A stretch of 64,000 nt of DNA, from assembly GCA_963817685.1 (NCBI GenBank), contig CAWFPN010000010.1, forward strand, positions 614,746 to 678,745. Direction: 5' to 3'. Below the pieces are notes generated by a model. It saw only the letters and a list, made by a program, of their open reading frames with translations, made no database searches and was not told the origin of the DNA. The translations under genes were made by a program, and so were the position numbers. Positions 21,535 through 32,182 of the stretch are shown in pieces. Position 1 is the first letter of the stretch. Each line of letters opens with the position of its first letter. Source of the stretch: an uncultured Verrucomicrobiae bacterium. GTDB lineage: Bacteria > Verrucomicrobiota > Verrucomicrobiia > Palsa-1439.

Positions 21535-22065
21535 TCACATCCGCTTGCTGGACCACGTGCCGGCAAACAGCGCGCCGAGCAACAGCAGGATCACCATGAC
21601 CCAGCGAAATTCCGGCGCGGGCGCCTCGATCTTCAGCCACGCGGGCCAGATCGCCCACAACAACGCCGCCGATCCCAGGAACGCCACGCCCAGCCAGCCC
21701 AACAACTCAAACGTCCGCCGCTCCTCGCGCACCGCCCCGCGCAACCGGGCAATGGTGTCCTTGTCGACACGCAGTTTTTCGGCGGCCGTCGCCTCCAGCA
21801 CCGATTCGTCCGTCGCCGCCGAGAGAAATTCGCGGACCAATTCGGCGCCGCGTTTGCTGTCATGGTCGAGGACGAAAATGCCGTAGATTTTGTCGACGCC
21901 GCTCATGGTTTCCACCACGTCCGGCACCGTCGAGCCCGGCTCCTGCAACGTCGCTTCCACGCCGTTGTCCCGCAGGTAGCCGATCAGCAGGTTGCCCACC
22001 CATTCATCGTGGGCCTTGTGGATTTCGACCAGATTCTCCGCGTTCAATCGATCCTGATCGCTCAT
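21535..22065 (-). CDS. DUF2007-like domain membrane protein
   Basis: N-terminal EWVGNLLIGYLRDNGVEA...IFVLDHD..RGAELV plus two C-terminal TM helices. Confidence 0.65.
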   Translation of the reverse strand: MSDQDRLNAENLVEIHKAHDEWVGNLLIGYLRDNGVEATLQEPGSTVPDVVETMSGVDKIYGIFVLDHDSKRGAELVREFLSAATDESVLEATAAEKLRVDKDTIARLRGAVREERRTFELLGWLGVAFLGSAALLWAIWPAWLKIEAPAPEFRWVMVILLLLGALFAGTWSSKRM

Positions 22066-22125
22066 GGCTTTTCAGTCTAATCCCCTTTTGCGTCGCTTGC
22101 CAATCTATTCCGGCGGAGGCCCGGC

Positions 22126-22515
22126 TCAAGGCGCATCGATCTCCTCTTCCACCCGCTGGGTCAGGTCGTCCAAATAAAACGGTTTCTGGATGTAGCCGCG
22201 CAAACCGTCCTCAAACAGCTTCTTGGCCACGTTGTCGTCGCAAGCGGTCAAGAGCAACACGCGCGCGCCGGGATTGATGTTGCGCAGGCATTCGAAGACA
22301 AGGTCCCCCGTCATTTCCGGCATCAGAAAATCCAGCAGCACCAGGTCGATCTCCCGCCAGAGCCGCTCGTAGATGCCGATGCCCTCGGATGGGTTGGAGG
22401 CTGTGTGGACGGCGTAGCCTTTGGTCCCGAAGGTTTCCTTGATGATCTCCAGGATCTCCGTCTCATCGTCGATCGCCAGGATCACCCGCGACTTCTTGTT
22501 GCGTGCCGGGCTCAT
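22126..22515 (-). CDS. Single-domain response regulator
   Basis: ILAIDDE, LVLLDFLMPEMTG, LLLTA, YIQKPF. Confidence 0.9.
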   Translation of the reverse strand: MSPARNKKSRVILAIDDETEILEIIKETFGTKGYAVHTASNPSEGIGIYERLWREIDLVLLDFLMPEMTGDLVFECLRNINPGARVLLLTACDDNVAKKLFEDGLRGYIQKPFYLDDLTQRVEEEIDAP

Positions 22516-22569
22516 GCGTGCGTTGCCAAAACTGCCGTTTCTCTATACCATTTCCTTCCTCTGACGAAA

Positions 22570-23352
22570 ATGAAAAATGCTTTCGCGGACCGGACAGTGA
22601 TCGTGACGGGCGCTTCCAGCGGCATTGGCCGGGAAACGGTCCTGGCCTTCGCCCGCGCCGGCGCCAACGTCGTCCTGGCGGCGCGCCGGTTGGAACTGCT
22701 GGAGGCCATCCGCGCGGAATTTCCCGACGGTAGCGACAGGATGCTCTGTCTGCGCACCGACGTTACCGTGGACGACGACGTCGCGCGGCTCGTGGAAACC
22801 GCGCTTGCCCGGTTTGGCCGGATCGATATTTTGGTGAACAACGCCGGAGCGGGCCTGCGCGCGTTGGTGACCGACGTGGCCGCCGAGGACGTGCAACGGG
22901 TAATGGACCTGAATCTCTTCGCCCCCGTGCGCAGTATCAAGGCCGTTCTGCCCGCCATGAAACGCCAGGGACGCGGCCAAATCGTCAATGTCGGCAGCGT
23001 GCTCAGCGTGGTGGCCACGCCGCGCAACAGTATTTATTGCGCCAGTAAATTCGCCTTGCTGGCCCTCAGCGACGCGTTGCGGATGGAATTGGACGGCACG
23101 GGTATCGAGGTGATCGCCATATTGCCCGGCTACACTGATACGCCCTTCTTCGACAACATGGTCCGCTACGACGGGTCCGCCCATCTCAGCCCCTTCCGCG
23201 GCCAATCCCCCGAAAAAGTCGCCCGCGTCCTGCTCAACGCCTGTCTCAAACACAAACGCCAGGTCGCCCTCACGGCACCCGGCAGGACCGGTCTGTGGAT
23301 GAAACGGTTCGCCCCCCGCCTCCTCGATTTCGCCCTTCGCCGGTCTATATAA
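22570..23352 (+). CDS. Short-chain dehydrogenase/reductase
   Basis: TGASSGIG, LVNNAG, YCASK (YxxxK). Confidence 0.9.
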   Translation: MKNAFADRTVIVTGASSGIGRETVLAFARAGANVVLAARRLELLEAIRAEFPDGSDRMLCLRTDVTVDDDVARLVETALARFGRIDILVNNAGAGLRALVTDVAAEDVQRVMDLNLFAPVRSIKAVLPAMKRQGRGQIVNVGSVLSVVATPRNSIYCASKFALLALSDALRMELDGTGIEVIAILPGYTDTPFFDNMVRYDGSAHLSPFRGQSPEKVARVLLNACLKHKRQVALTAPGRTGLWMKRFAPRLLDFALRRSI

Positions 23353-23424
23353 GGTACGACCAACCGCCGGTCCCCTACCCTGTAAGTGGTCAAAAATAGC
23401 CAATTTACCCCCCTCCCGGAATAT

Positions 23425-23883
23425 TTAAGGCCGTATTAGGTCGTATTAGGCCGTATTGGGCCACAGATGCACACCGATGCACGCAGATGGAGGCAGCCAC
23501 GAATGCACACGAATCGGCACGAATGGCGGGATTTCTTCCACGGATTACACGGATGGGCGGTCCGATGGGAAAATTTAAGGTTGGACTAGGTTTGACTAGG
23601 TGCGACTTGGTTTGACTAGGCTTGTCCGCCGAAGCTTTGGCGAAGGCGGATTGGGCTTCCGGGCAGCGGATTTTGACCACAGAGGCATGGAGTTGGGGGG
23701 GCGAGGCTCCAGCCGAGCCGCACCGTTTTTTCACCACGAAGGTACGAAGATCACGAAGGGCTGTACATCCACGGATCGCATTGATTCCGCCTGTAGGCCG
23801 GGTGACCCCACCCGGCGTTCGCGCCTTTCCAGCCCCCAAGCCTATGCCCTCTGCATATACCATGCTGCCGCACAGTAGCACAT
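23425..23883 (-). repeat. Mosaic (BIME/MITE-like) repeat, copy B
   Basis: Inverted near-copy of 14531-14968. Its middle carries a GGCGAGGCTCC REP half and TCCGCCTTCGCCAAAGCTTCGGCGGA instead. Confidence 0.9.
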
Positions 23884-24003
23884 CCACTCCCTCCCCGCCA
23901 GTCCACCGGGTCAGTTTGAACAAAATTGTTCTTCGGGCGGGCCGCCCCACAATGGGCTTGCAAGGAACCGCAGCCGGGCTGAAAATGGTTCGCGGTTGAG
24001 GCG

Positions 24004-24987
24004 ATGAATCTACGCTCTGCGATCAACATATTCGCGATCATGGGCGTGACGTTTCTGCTGCTCGAATGGGTATCGCATGAATTTCCAAACCTGCGGGGCG
24101 CCGGGCCGTCTGATTTTGACATCCTGACACCACTCCCCTCCTCCTATTCGCCCAGCGGGGACTGGGCAGCCGAGCACGAGCGATACGAAGCCCGGTTGAA
24201 CTGTGCCGCGCGCCTCAAGGACCATTACCGGAACGGGAAATACGATCTGGCCATCGCGGATGCCAGTCAGTTCATCGATCTCGACCCGGATCAACCGTGG
24301 GGTTATTACATGCGCGGCCGAGCCAAGGAACACACGAGGGATTACGACGGGGCCATCACCGACTTCAGCGCAGCCATCCGGGTGAGACCGAAATACTCCT
24401 GGGCTTACGCCTCCCGTGGCCGGGCCTGGATGGAACAGGGGAAATTCGAGGCCGCGCTTGTTGATTGTTCAAAGGCCGTCGAACTGAACTCGACAAATTC
24501 GCTGATCTACGCCGACCTGGCCGATGTTCGCTGGCGCAGTGGCGACCTGGAGGAGGCGATCACCGATGCCACCAGGGCAGTGGAACTGGATCCGTCCAGC
24601 GCGTATTCGTATAATCTCCGCGCCTGGTTGCTCTATCAACACGGCTCGCTCAATGAGGCGCTGGTGGATGCCAATCAGGCCATCGCGTTCGGCCCGGAAT
24701 ATGCCAATGCCTGGGGAACGCGGGGTTGGATCGAGTTCTCGCAAGGCAACACCAACGCGGCGATTGCCGATTGCACCAAGGCCGTCCATCTGGGCACTAA
24801 CACACCCACCTACGCCTATTATGACAGCGGCCTGATCCATTACGCCAACGGCCAATACGCCCAGGCGATTGCCGATTGGTCGAAGACGGTCGACTTGCAC
24901 CCTCTCGACAGGCGCCAATTGCAGCCTTGGATCGACAAGGCCCGCGCCCAACAGGCGGCAACGCTTCACACGTCTACAGCGCCGTGA
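24004..24987 (+). CDS. Tetratricopeptide repeat protein with N-terminal anchor
   Basis: Repeated 34-aa units such as YDGAITDFSAAIRVRP..SWAYASRG. Confidence 0.85.
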   Translation: MNLRSAINIFAIMGVTFLLLEWVSHEFPNLRGAGPSDFDILTPLPSSYSPSGDWAAEHERYEARLNCAARLKDHYRNGKYDLAIADASQFIDLDPDQPWGYYMRGRAKEHTRDYDGAITDFSAAIRVRPKYSWAYASRGRAWMEQGKFEAALVDCSKAVELNSTNSLIYADLADVRWRSGDLEEAITDATRAVELDPSSAYSYNLRAWLLYQHGSLNEALVDANQAIAFGPEYANAWGTRGWIEFSQGNTNAAIADCTKAVHLGTNTPTYAYYDSGLIHYANGQYAQAIADWSKTVDLHPLDRRQLQPWIDKARAQQAATLHTSTAP

Positions 24988-25507
24988 ACGCCTCTTCGAA
25001 CACGCGGAAGGTGGCGTCGTCGTACAAACAAAAGATCACGCGTTCCAGCGCGGTTTGGCCGCGGAGGTAATTGGCGGCTTCGGTGAGCATGAGTTTGGCG
25101 GCCTGGTCGACGGGGAAACGGTAGATGCCGGTGCTGATGGCAGGGAAGGCGATGGTCCTGAGGTCCTCTTCGTCGGCCAGGGCCAGGCTGTTGTGGATGG
25201 CCCGGCGGAGTTTGTCGTTTTCGCTGCCTTCGCCCCAGACGGGGCCGACGGTGTGGATGACGAATTTGGCGGGGAGTTTGCCGCCGGAGGTGATGACGGC
25301 GTCGCCGGTTTCCAACGGGCCGCGTTCGGCGATGATCGTTTCGGATTCAACGGTGATGGCGCTGCCGCCTTTGCGGGCGATGGCCAGGGCCACGCCGCCG
25401 CCGTGGGCGAGGAATTTGTTGGCGGCATTGACGATGGCGTCCACCTCGAGCGCGGTGATGTCGCCTTGCACCAATTCCAGCAGCGTCGCGCCAATCTGTT
25501 TGCTCAT
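24974..25507 (-). CDS. Macro-domain protein (O-acetyl-ADP-ribose deacetylase-like)
   Basis: GDIT...DAIVNAAN..LAHGGGVA, VIHTVGP, IAFPAISTGIY; alternative start at 25525. Confidence 0.9.
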   Translation of the reverse strand: MSKQIGATLLELVQGDITALEVDAIVNAANKFLAHGGGVALAIARKGGSAITVESETIIAERGPLETGDAVITSGGKLPAKFVIHTVGPVWGEGSENDKLRRAIHNSLALADEEDLRTIAFPAISTGIYRFPVDQAAKLMLTEAANYLRGQTALERVIFCLYDDATFRVFEEAFTAL

Positions 25508-25629
25508 GATCTCCGCATTGGCCATCGACTTATTCTAGCACAGGTGGGCATGTGGCGCGCAAGTCAGGGGTAGTGGGTCGGTGTCAAAACTGCCATGGGA
25601 TATGAACTGTTGGCGGCGGCGCCCGTCGG

Positions 25630-25694
25630 GTTGTAGCGGCCGCCGTCCCGGCGGCGGGGCTGGCAGAAGCGTCCGGGACGGACGCCACTACAAC
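25630..25694. repeat. Inverted doublet of GTAG-type REPs (REPIN-like)
   Basis: GTTGTAGCGGCCGCCGTCCCGGCGGC at 25630-25655 and the reverse complement of GTTGTAGTGGCGTCCGTCCCGGACGC at 25669-25694. Confidence 0.7.
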
Positions 25695-25713
25695 AAATTA
25701 ACCGACGACCAAG

Positions 25714-26172
25714 TCAGGCGGCGGTGGGGACGCGGGTGCCCATCACGCGCTTGATCAGGGCCAGCGCTTCGGGGATGCGGAACGGTTTGTGGAGATAGCC
25801 GTCGATCTTGTATTGGGCCTGGATTTGGCGCAGGCGCAGTTCGTCGGCACCGGAGCAGATGATGACTTTGACGTCGGGTTTGAGTTTGCGCAGCCACTCG
25901 AACGTCTTGCCGCCGTCCATCAGCGGCATGTAGTAGTCCAGGAGCACGAGATCGTACCCGTTTTTCTCGAGGCGGAAGAGTTCCAGCGCCTTGATGGGGT
26001 TCGAGGCCGTCTTGACTTCATAGTTCAGCGGCGCAAGCAGGTCGACGAGCATGGAGCGGAAATCGTCATTGTCGTCAACGGCCAGCACGCGCACACGGTC
26101 CTCCACGTGAGCGGCGGCGGCTCCTGCGTCTACCGTTTCGGTCTGCGTTGCGTTATTGCCTGTCAGTTCCAT
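25714..26172 (-). CDS. Single-domain response regulator
   Basis: VLAVDDN, LVLLDYYMPLMDG, IICSG, YLHKPF. Confidence 0.9.
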   Translation of the reverse strand: MELTGNNATQTETVDAGAAAAHVEDRVRVLAVDDNDDFRSMLVDLLAPLNYEVKTASNPIKALELFRLEKNGYDLVLLDYYMPLMDGGKTFEWLRKLKPDVKVIICSGADELRLRQIQAQYKIDGYLHKPFRIPEALALIKRVMGTRVPTAA

Positions 26173-26256
26173 GGTTCACCATCGGTTTTTACATTCTCAA
26201 TTCCGCCGTCCAAGCCATCTATTTGGCCAATAAAATAGCAAGCCAAGTGCCAATCC

Positions 26257-26285
26257 TTGACCCTCCGCCCCGGGGCCGGTATCAT
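26257..26285 (+). promoter_or_regulatory. Putative sigma70 promoter of the tmk operon
   Basis: TTGACC-17 nt-TATCAT. Confidence 0.55.
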
Positions 26286-26301
26286 CCAAAAACGTTCAAA
26301 A

Positions 26302-26928
26302 ATGCCTCGAAAAGGTACATTTATCACGTTTGAGGGTGGGGAAGGGTGCGGGAAGTCGACCCATATTGTCCGTTTGGTCACCCGCCTGGGCAGGGAAGGC
26401 CGTCCGGCAATTCTTGCCCGAGAACCGGGCGGCACCGAGGTGGGTGAACAAATCCGTCATATCCTCCAATACAGCAAGCAGTCTGCCGCGATGATGCCGG
26501 AGACGGAATTGCTGCTGTTTTGCGCCAGCCGCGCCCAGCTCGTGCGCGAACTCATCGAACCAGCCCTGGCCCGCGGCCAGGTGGTGGTTTGCGACCGCTT
26601 TTTCGATTCCACCACGGTCTACCAGGGTGTGGGCCGGAAACTCGACCCGGAGAAGGTCGCGTTGATCAACAGTTTTGCCGTTGGCGCCTGCGTGCCCGAC
26701 CTGACCCTGGTGATCGACCTCGACCCGCGCGTCGGGCTGGAACGGGCGCGGGGACGGGAATTGTTCGACCGGATGGAGACCCAATCGCAGGAATTCTACC
26801 AGCGCGTCCGGCAGGGTTATCTCGACCTGGCCAACCGCGAGCCCGGCCGGATCAAGGTCATCGACGGCAGCCAGAGCATCGAGGCGGTGGAACGGCAGAT
26901 TTGGGAGGTCGTGCGCCATGTCCTTTAG
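26302..26928 (+). CDS. tmk: Thymidylate kinase
   Basis: FITFEGGEGCGKST, REPGGT, VVCDRFFDS. Confidence 0.95.
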   Translation: MPRKGTFITFEGGEGCGKSTHIVRLVTRLGREGRPAILAREPGGTEVGEQIRHILQYSKQSAAMMPETELLLFCASRAQLVRELIEPALARGQVVVCDRFFDSTTVYQGVGRKLDPEKVALINSFAVGACVPDLTLVIDLDPRVGLERARGRELFDRMETQSQEFYQRVRQGYLDLANREPGRIKVIDGSQSIEAVERQIWEVVRHVL

Positions 26929-27940
26929 CGGGCTGACAGGACAGAAGGCGGCGGCGGAGTTGTTGCAGCGCAGTCTGCAGCATGGCCGGCTGGCCCACGC
27001 GTACCTGATCACCGGGCCGCGCGGCAGTGGCAAGGAAGCGCTGGCGCGCACATTGGCCAAGGCGCTGAATTGCCTGAAGAAACAGAATGATTCCTGCGAC
27101 CAGTGCGATTCCTGCAAGCGCATCGACGAGACCATTCATCCGGACATCTATTGGGTGCGGCCCGAATCCAAGAGCCGCCGCATCAGCGTGGACCAGATCC
27201 GGGAGTTCGAGCGGTCGATCCATCTGCGCGCGACGGAAGCGCGCGTCAAGGTGGGGGTCATTGTGGACGCCGACTGCATGGGCGAGGAAGCCAGCAACGC
27301 GTTTCTCAAGACGCTGGAGGAACCGCCGGCGCAGACGATCATCGTCCTGCTCAGCGCCGAACCGCAGCGGTTGTTGCCCACGATCCTCTCGCGGTGCCTG
27401 AAACTTTCCCTCGGTTCGGCCGCCGCGCGGGCGGGGACGCCGTACCGGGCGCAAGTGCTGCCGTTGCTGGCGGGATTCTCCGGGCAGGACAAGCGCGGCA
27501 TTCCCGACGTGTACCGGTTGCTGGGCGATTTGACGGCCTTGTTGCAGGCGATCCGGGCGGAGACCCGGCAGCGGGTGGAAGGCGAGGAAAACCTGGAGCG
27601 CTACGAGCAATTGGAGCCGAAGATGCGCGAACGGCTGGAGAACCAGATGGAAGCGCGCGTCGAAGGCGAGTACCGTGCCGCGCGGGAACAGGTGCTGGAG
27701 GAGATGTACGCCTGGTTCGGCGATCTGCTGCTCTGCGTGGAAGGGGCTGACGAACAATTGTTCGACCACGCCGATAGCGTCCCGGCGTTAAGGCGCGCCG
27801 CGGGCGGTTTGACCTATGCCCAGGCTTCCGCTAACCTCGACGCCGTTGAACAGATCCGCGAAGCGCTGACGCGCAACATTACCGAGACGCTGGCGCTGGA
27901 AGTCGGCCTGCTCAAGCTGGCGGGAGCACTGAGGTCCTGA
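26918..27940 (+). CDS. holB: DNA polymerase III subunit delta'
   Basis: AHAYLITGPRGSGK, Cys cluster, HPD, ASNAFLKTLEEPP, LLPTILSRC; follows tmk. Confidence 0.92.
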   Translation: MSFSGLTGQKAAAELLQRSLQHGRLAHAYLITGPRGSGKEALARTLAKALNCLKKQNDSCDQCDSCKRIDETIHPDIYWVRPESKSRRISVDQIREFERSIHLRATEARVKVGVIVDADCMGEEASNAFLKTLEEPPAQTIIVLLSAEPQRLLPTILSRCLKLSLGSAAARAGTPYRAQVLPLLAGFSGQDKRGIPDVYRLLGDLTALLQAIRAETRQRVEGEENLERYEQLEPKMRERLENQMEARVEGEYRAAREQVLEEMYAWFGDLLLCVEGADEQLFDHADSVPALRRAAGGLTYAQASANLDAVEQIREALTRNITETLALEVGLLKLAGALRS

Positions 27941-27947
27941 CCGTACC

Positions 27948-29732
27948 ATGAAAACTTTTGGCCGCTGGACGATTGCCTGTCTGGCCGCGCTGGCCTTCTT
28001 CGCGCCGTTGAAATTCGGCACGCCGGTGGTCACGCAGGCCCTGATGTTCGTGCCGATGGACGCCCTGGAATGGGTGCTGGAACCGTGGCCGAACCAGATC
28101 GCTTTTGTGTTCATCCTCGTCGCGCTGTTGTGGCTGGTGCTGGATGCGGAGCGGTTGACGGCGCGAGTGGATTTCCTGTTCCTGCTGCCGCTGCTGTTCC
28201 TGGCGACCCAGGCGTTACCGACTCTGTACTCGATCAACCGCCAGGTGTCGGTCGATACGCTGGTCTATTTCGCCTGCTGCGTGCTGCTGTTTTACACCGT
28301 GGCCTGGTACGTGCGCGACGGCGCGACGGCGGTGGCGATCTTCAGCGGGCTGGGGCTGGCGACGATGCTGGTCTGTGTGGCGGCGTTGCGGCAGTATTTC
28401 GGCGGGCTGGAGGAGACCCGGCAGTTTGCCGCGGCCTACATCGACACCACGGAAGCGCCGAAGGATTTCCTGCTGCGCATGAGCAGCAACCGGCCGTTTG
28501 CCTGGTTTGGCGGGTATCCCAACGCGCTGGCCGGGTTCCTGGTGATCGCGTTTGCGCCGACGCTGGCGTGGATTTCCGTGCGGAGCAGGGGGTGGGACAC
28601 GCGCGTGAGACGGCCGACGCTGGTGCTGGCGGGCTGCCTGATGGGGTTCTGCCTGATCCTCACCGGTTCCCGTGGCGGCTACATCGCGTTCGCCGTAATG
28701 ATCGTCACCGCGCTGCTGTGCGCAATTCCCTCCGGCGCGCGGCGCAACATGACGATTGGGGCCGCGCTGGCGTTGCTGGGCACAATCCTTTTCATTGCCC
28801 ACCGGGGCGGCGTGATCTCGGCGGGGACGTCCAGCATGGAAGCCAGGGGCGATTACTGGCGGGGGGCGATCGCCATCGTGCGCGACCACACCTGGCTGGG
28901 CACGGGACCGGGTACGTTTGGTTCGATCTACCCTAAATACAAGACGGCGCAGACGGAAGAAGCGCAGTTGGTCCATAATAACTTTCTCGAAATGTGGTCG
29001 GACTCCGGCCTGGCGGCCTTTGTCATCTTCGGGGTGTTGTGGGTGGTGGCGCTCAAGGACAGTTTCCGCCTGATCAGCCAGCGCCGGGGCGACGCGGCGG
29101 CCATTGCGGTTTGCGCGGCGCTGACGGGCTGGGTGGTGCATGCGCTGGTCGATTTCGATCTGTATGTGCCGGGGGTGGCTTTCCCCGCGTTCCTGCTGCT
29201 GGGCATCCTGCAGGGGTTGAAGGAGCTGCCGAGCGTCAAGCCGGTCGCCGAACGCGACAGGGGCCACCGGGTGATCGGCACCCTCTGCGCCGCTGTGGCG
29301 GGCGTGGTGATTTGGATGGAAGGCGCATCGCTCTGGGCAACCTATCGGCATGACCAGGCATATGCGTTGATGCATGCCAATCCGTTGGGGGCGTTGGATG
29401 AAGCGCGGCACGCCACCCGTCTGGCGCCGTTTAATGCGCCCTACCAGGCCACTGCGGGCGATCTGGCGGTGCGGTTGCGGCTGTTCGACGAAGCGGCGGA
29501 ACATTATCGGGCCGCCATCGAGGACGACCCGTACCGCGCCTCTTATCATTGGCGGCTGGCCCGGGCCGAGATGGCGGCGCGCGGTCCGGACGCGATTGCT
29601 TTGCAGCAATTGCGGCTGGCAACGTCGCTCAACCCCACAAATAAGCGCTATAGCCAGGAGCTGGCCGATGCCGAGGAAAGCGTTAGACAATCCCCCGGCG
29701 GTTTGCTAGAGTCTGCCCCTGCCAAGGAATAA
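27948..29732 (+). CDS. O-antigen ligase family membrane protein with C-terminal TPR
   Basis: YPNALAGFL, LTGSRGG, R.DYW..A, GTGPGTF, HNNFLE. Confidence 0.85.
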   Translation: MKTFGRWTIACLAALAFFAPLKFGTPVVTQALMFVPMDALEWVLEPWPNQIAFVFILVALLWLVLDAERLTARVDFLFLLPLLFLATQALPTLYSINRQVSVDTLVYFACCVLLFYTVAWYVRDGATAVAIFSGLGLATMLVCVAALRQYFGGLEETRQFAAAYIDTTEAPKDFLLRMSSNRPFAWFGGYPNALAGFLVIAFAPTLAWISVRSRGWDTRVRRPTLVLAGCLMGFCLILTGSRGGYIAFAVMIVTALLCAIPSGARRNMTIGAALALLGTILFIAHRGGVISAGTSSMEARGDYWRGAIAIVRDHTWLGTGPGTFGSIYPKYKTAQTEEAQLVHNNFLEMWSDSGLAAFVIFGVLWVVALKDSFRLISQRRGDAAAIAVCAALTGWVVHALVDFDLYVPGVAFPAFLLLGILQGLKELPSVKPVAERDRGHRVIGTLCAAVAGVVIWMEGASLWATYRHDQAYALMHANPLGALDEARHATRLAPFNAPYQATAGDLAVRLRLFDEAAEHYRAAIEDDPYRASYHWRLARAEMAARGPDAIALQQLRLATSLNPTNKRYSQELADAEESVRQSPGGLLESAPAKE

Positions 29733-30202
29733 TGAAGATCCTTTGCATAAACGGCCCAAACTTGAATTTGCTCGGGTCACGCGAGACTGACATTTACGGT
29801 CGCACCTCGCTTGCTGAGATTGAAAAGCTCATTCGCAAGCGTGGTTCTGAATTGGGGGTGGAAGTGGATTTCTTCCAATCGAACCATGAAGGAGAAATCG
29901 TGGATAAGATCGGTCAATGTGTTGGTGATCAAATAGATGCGATGATCATCAATCCGGCTGCGTATACGCATACGAGTGTGGCGATACGTGACGCGATTTC
30001 TGCGGTAAGAACGATTGCTGTTGAGATCCATTTGTCAAATATCCATGCGCGCGAGGCATTTAGAGAGAAATCTCTGATCGCTCCCGTGTGCGTCGGCCAA
30101 ATAAGTGGGTTTGGCCCATTGAGCTATGTCTTAGGGTTGGAGGCAGCCGTTGCGGCCGCCAGACAGAAGGCGGCGGAGCCCAGCGGCGCCAAGGGAGCTT
30201 GA
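29732..30202 (+). CDS. aroQ: Type II 3-dehydroquinate dehydratase
   Basis: INGPNLNLLG.RE..IYG, FQSNHEG, INPAAYTHTS, EIHLSN. Confidence 0.95.
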   Translation: MKILCINGPNLNLLGSRETDIYGRTSLAEIEKLIRKRGSELGVEVDFFQSNHEGEIVDKIGQCVGDQIDAMIINPAAYTHTSVAIRDAISAVRTIAVEIHLSNIHAREAFREKSLIAPVCVGQISGFGPLSYVLGLEAAVAAARQKAAEPSGAKGA

Positions 30203-30227
30203 CAGGGTGGAAGCGAGCCGGTAGAAC
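30199..30227 (+). promoter_or_regulatory. Putative promoter of accBC
   Basis: TTGACA-17 nt-TAGAAC. Confidence 0.45.
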
Positions 30228-30253
30228 GTCGCGCTTTTTATAAGGAAGCTATC

Positions 30254-30721
30254 GTGGAACTGGAACAAATCAAAGCGATCATCGCCATGATGAAGGACAA
30301 CGATCTGTCCGAGTTCTCCATGGAGAATGACGGATTGAAGATCCGCATCAAGCGCGGCCCCGAAGGCATCCAGCAAACCGTCACCGTCGCCCCGCCGGCC
30401 CCCGCGCCCGTCGCCGCGCCCCAGCTGGCGGCCCCCGCTGCCGCGGAAGCCGTCCCGGCCCAGCCTGTCGTCCCGACCGACATCAAGCACATCACTTCGC
30501 CCATGGTGGGAACATTTTACCGTGCGCCGTCCCCGGAGGCACCGGTCTACGCCGAAGTCGGCCAGCAGGTGGACGAAGAAACCGTCGTCTGCATCATCGA
30601 AGCCATGAAGGTCATGAACGAGATCAAGGCCGAGGTCAAGGGTGTCATTACCGAAGTGCTGATCGAGAACGCCAAGCCCGTCGAGTTTGGCCAGAAACTT
30701 TTTGCCGTCCGCGCCAAATAA
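30254..30721 (+). CDS. accB: Biotin carboxyl carrier protein of acetyl-CoA carboxylase
   Basis: ITSPMVGTFY, IIEAMKVMNEI biotinylation motif. Confidence 0.95.
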   Translation: MELEQIKAIIAMMKDNDLSEFSMENDGLKIRIKRGPEGIQQTVTVAPPAPAPVAAPQLAAPAAAEAVPAQPVVPTDIKHITSPMVGTFYRAPSPEAPVYAEVGQQVDEETVVCIIEAMKVMNEIKAEVKGVITEVLIENAKPVEFGQKLFAVRAK

Positions 30722-30763
30722 GGCCGGGCGGAACAATTTCGACGCCGTTGCGAGTACCTGGTC

Positions 30764-32165
30764 ATGTTTGACAAAATCCTAATCGCCAATCGCGGAGAAA
30801 TCGCCGTCCGGATCATCCGCGCCTGCAAGGAACTCGGCATCCGCACACTGGCCGTCTATTCGGAGGCCGACGCGGAATCCCTGCACGTCCAACTGGCCGA
30901 CGAAGCCATTTGCATCGGCCGGGCGCCCAGCTCGGAAAGCTATCTCAAGATCGACCGGATCATCAGCGCCGCGGAAGTCGGCGACGTTGAGGCCATCCAC
31001 CCCGGGTACGGGTTCCTGTCCGAAAACGCGCATTTCGCCGAAGTCTGCGAGAACTGCAATATCAAGTTCATCGGCCCGTCCAGCGCCGCCATCCGCGCGA
31101 TGGGCGACAAGGTCAACGCCCGCGAAACCATGCGCAAGGCCGGCGTGCCGGTCGTGCCTGGAAGCGACGGGCCCGTGGACACGGAAGCGGATGCGCTCAA
31201 GATCGCGCGGCGGATCGGCTATCCGGTGATCGTCAAGGCGGCCGGCGGCGGCGGCGGACGCGGCATGCGCGTGGCGCACAACGACCCGAGCCTGGTCAAA
31301 GGCTTCCACACCGCCCGGTCCGAAGCGGAACGCGCCTTTTCCAACGCGTGCGTCTACATCGAGAAGTACATTGAAAACCCGCACCACATCGAATTTCAGA
31401 TCCTGGCCGATCACAAGGGCAACACCATCCATCTCGGCGAGCGCGATTGCAGCCTCCAGCGCCGCCACCAGAAGCTGCTCGAAGAATCGCCGTCGCCGAT
31501 CCTGACCAACGATCTGCGCAAAAAGATGGGCAAGGCGGCGATCAAAGCCGCCGAAGCAGTCGGCTACGTCAACGCCGGCACGGTGGAAATCCTGCTCGAT
31601 GCGACGGGCAATTTCTACTTCATCGAGATGAACACCCGCATCCAGGTCGAGCATCCCGTCACCGAGGAAGTCACCGGCATCGACATCGTCAAGGAACAGA
31701 TCCGCATCGCCGCCGGCGAGGAACTCGGCTACGACCAGAAGGACATCCAGTTCCAGCGCTGCGCCATCGAGTGCCGGATCAACGCCGAGGACCCCTTCAA
31801 CAATTTCCAGCCGTGCCCCGGCCGCATCGAGTTTCTCTGCACCCCCGGCGGTCACGGCGTGCCGCGTGGACACACACGTCTACGCCGGCTACACGATCCC
31901 GCCGTATTACGATTCGATGATCGCCAAGCTGATCTGCTACGGACGCGACCGGCGCACCGCGATGGACCGGATGGCCCGCGCGCTCGATGAGTTCATCATC
32001 CGTGGCATCAAGACAACGATCCCGCTGCACCGAGTCATTTTGAAGGACCCGAATTTCCGTCGGGGACGGTACTCGACGGCGTTTGTCGAACGGCTGCTGG
32101 CTGCCACGCAGCCTCTGGTGCCAGCCAAGACCGAAGAACAACAATTGAAGACCCAAGCTGCCTAA
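30764..32165 (+). pseudogene. accC: Biotin carboxylase with an extra C near 31862 (probable sequencing error)
   Basis: [29 protein letters not shown]; continues in another frame as [24 protein letters not shown]. Confidence 0.93.
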
Positions 32166-32182
32166 CCATTGAACGGACGACC

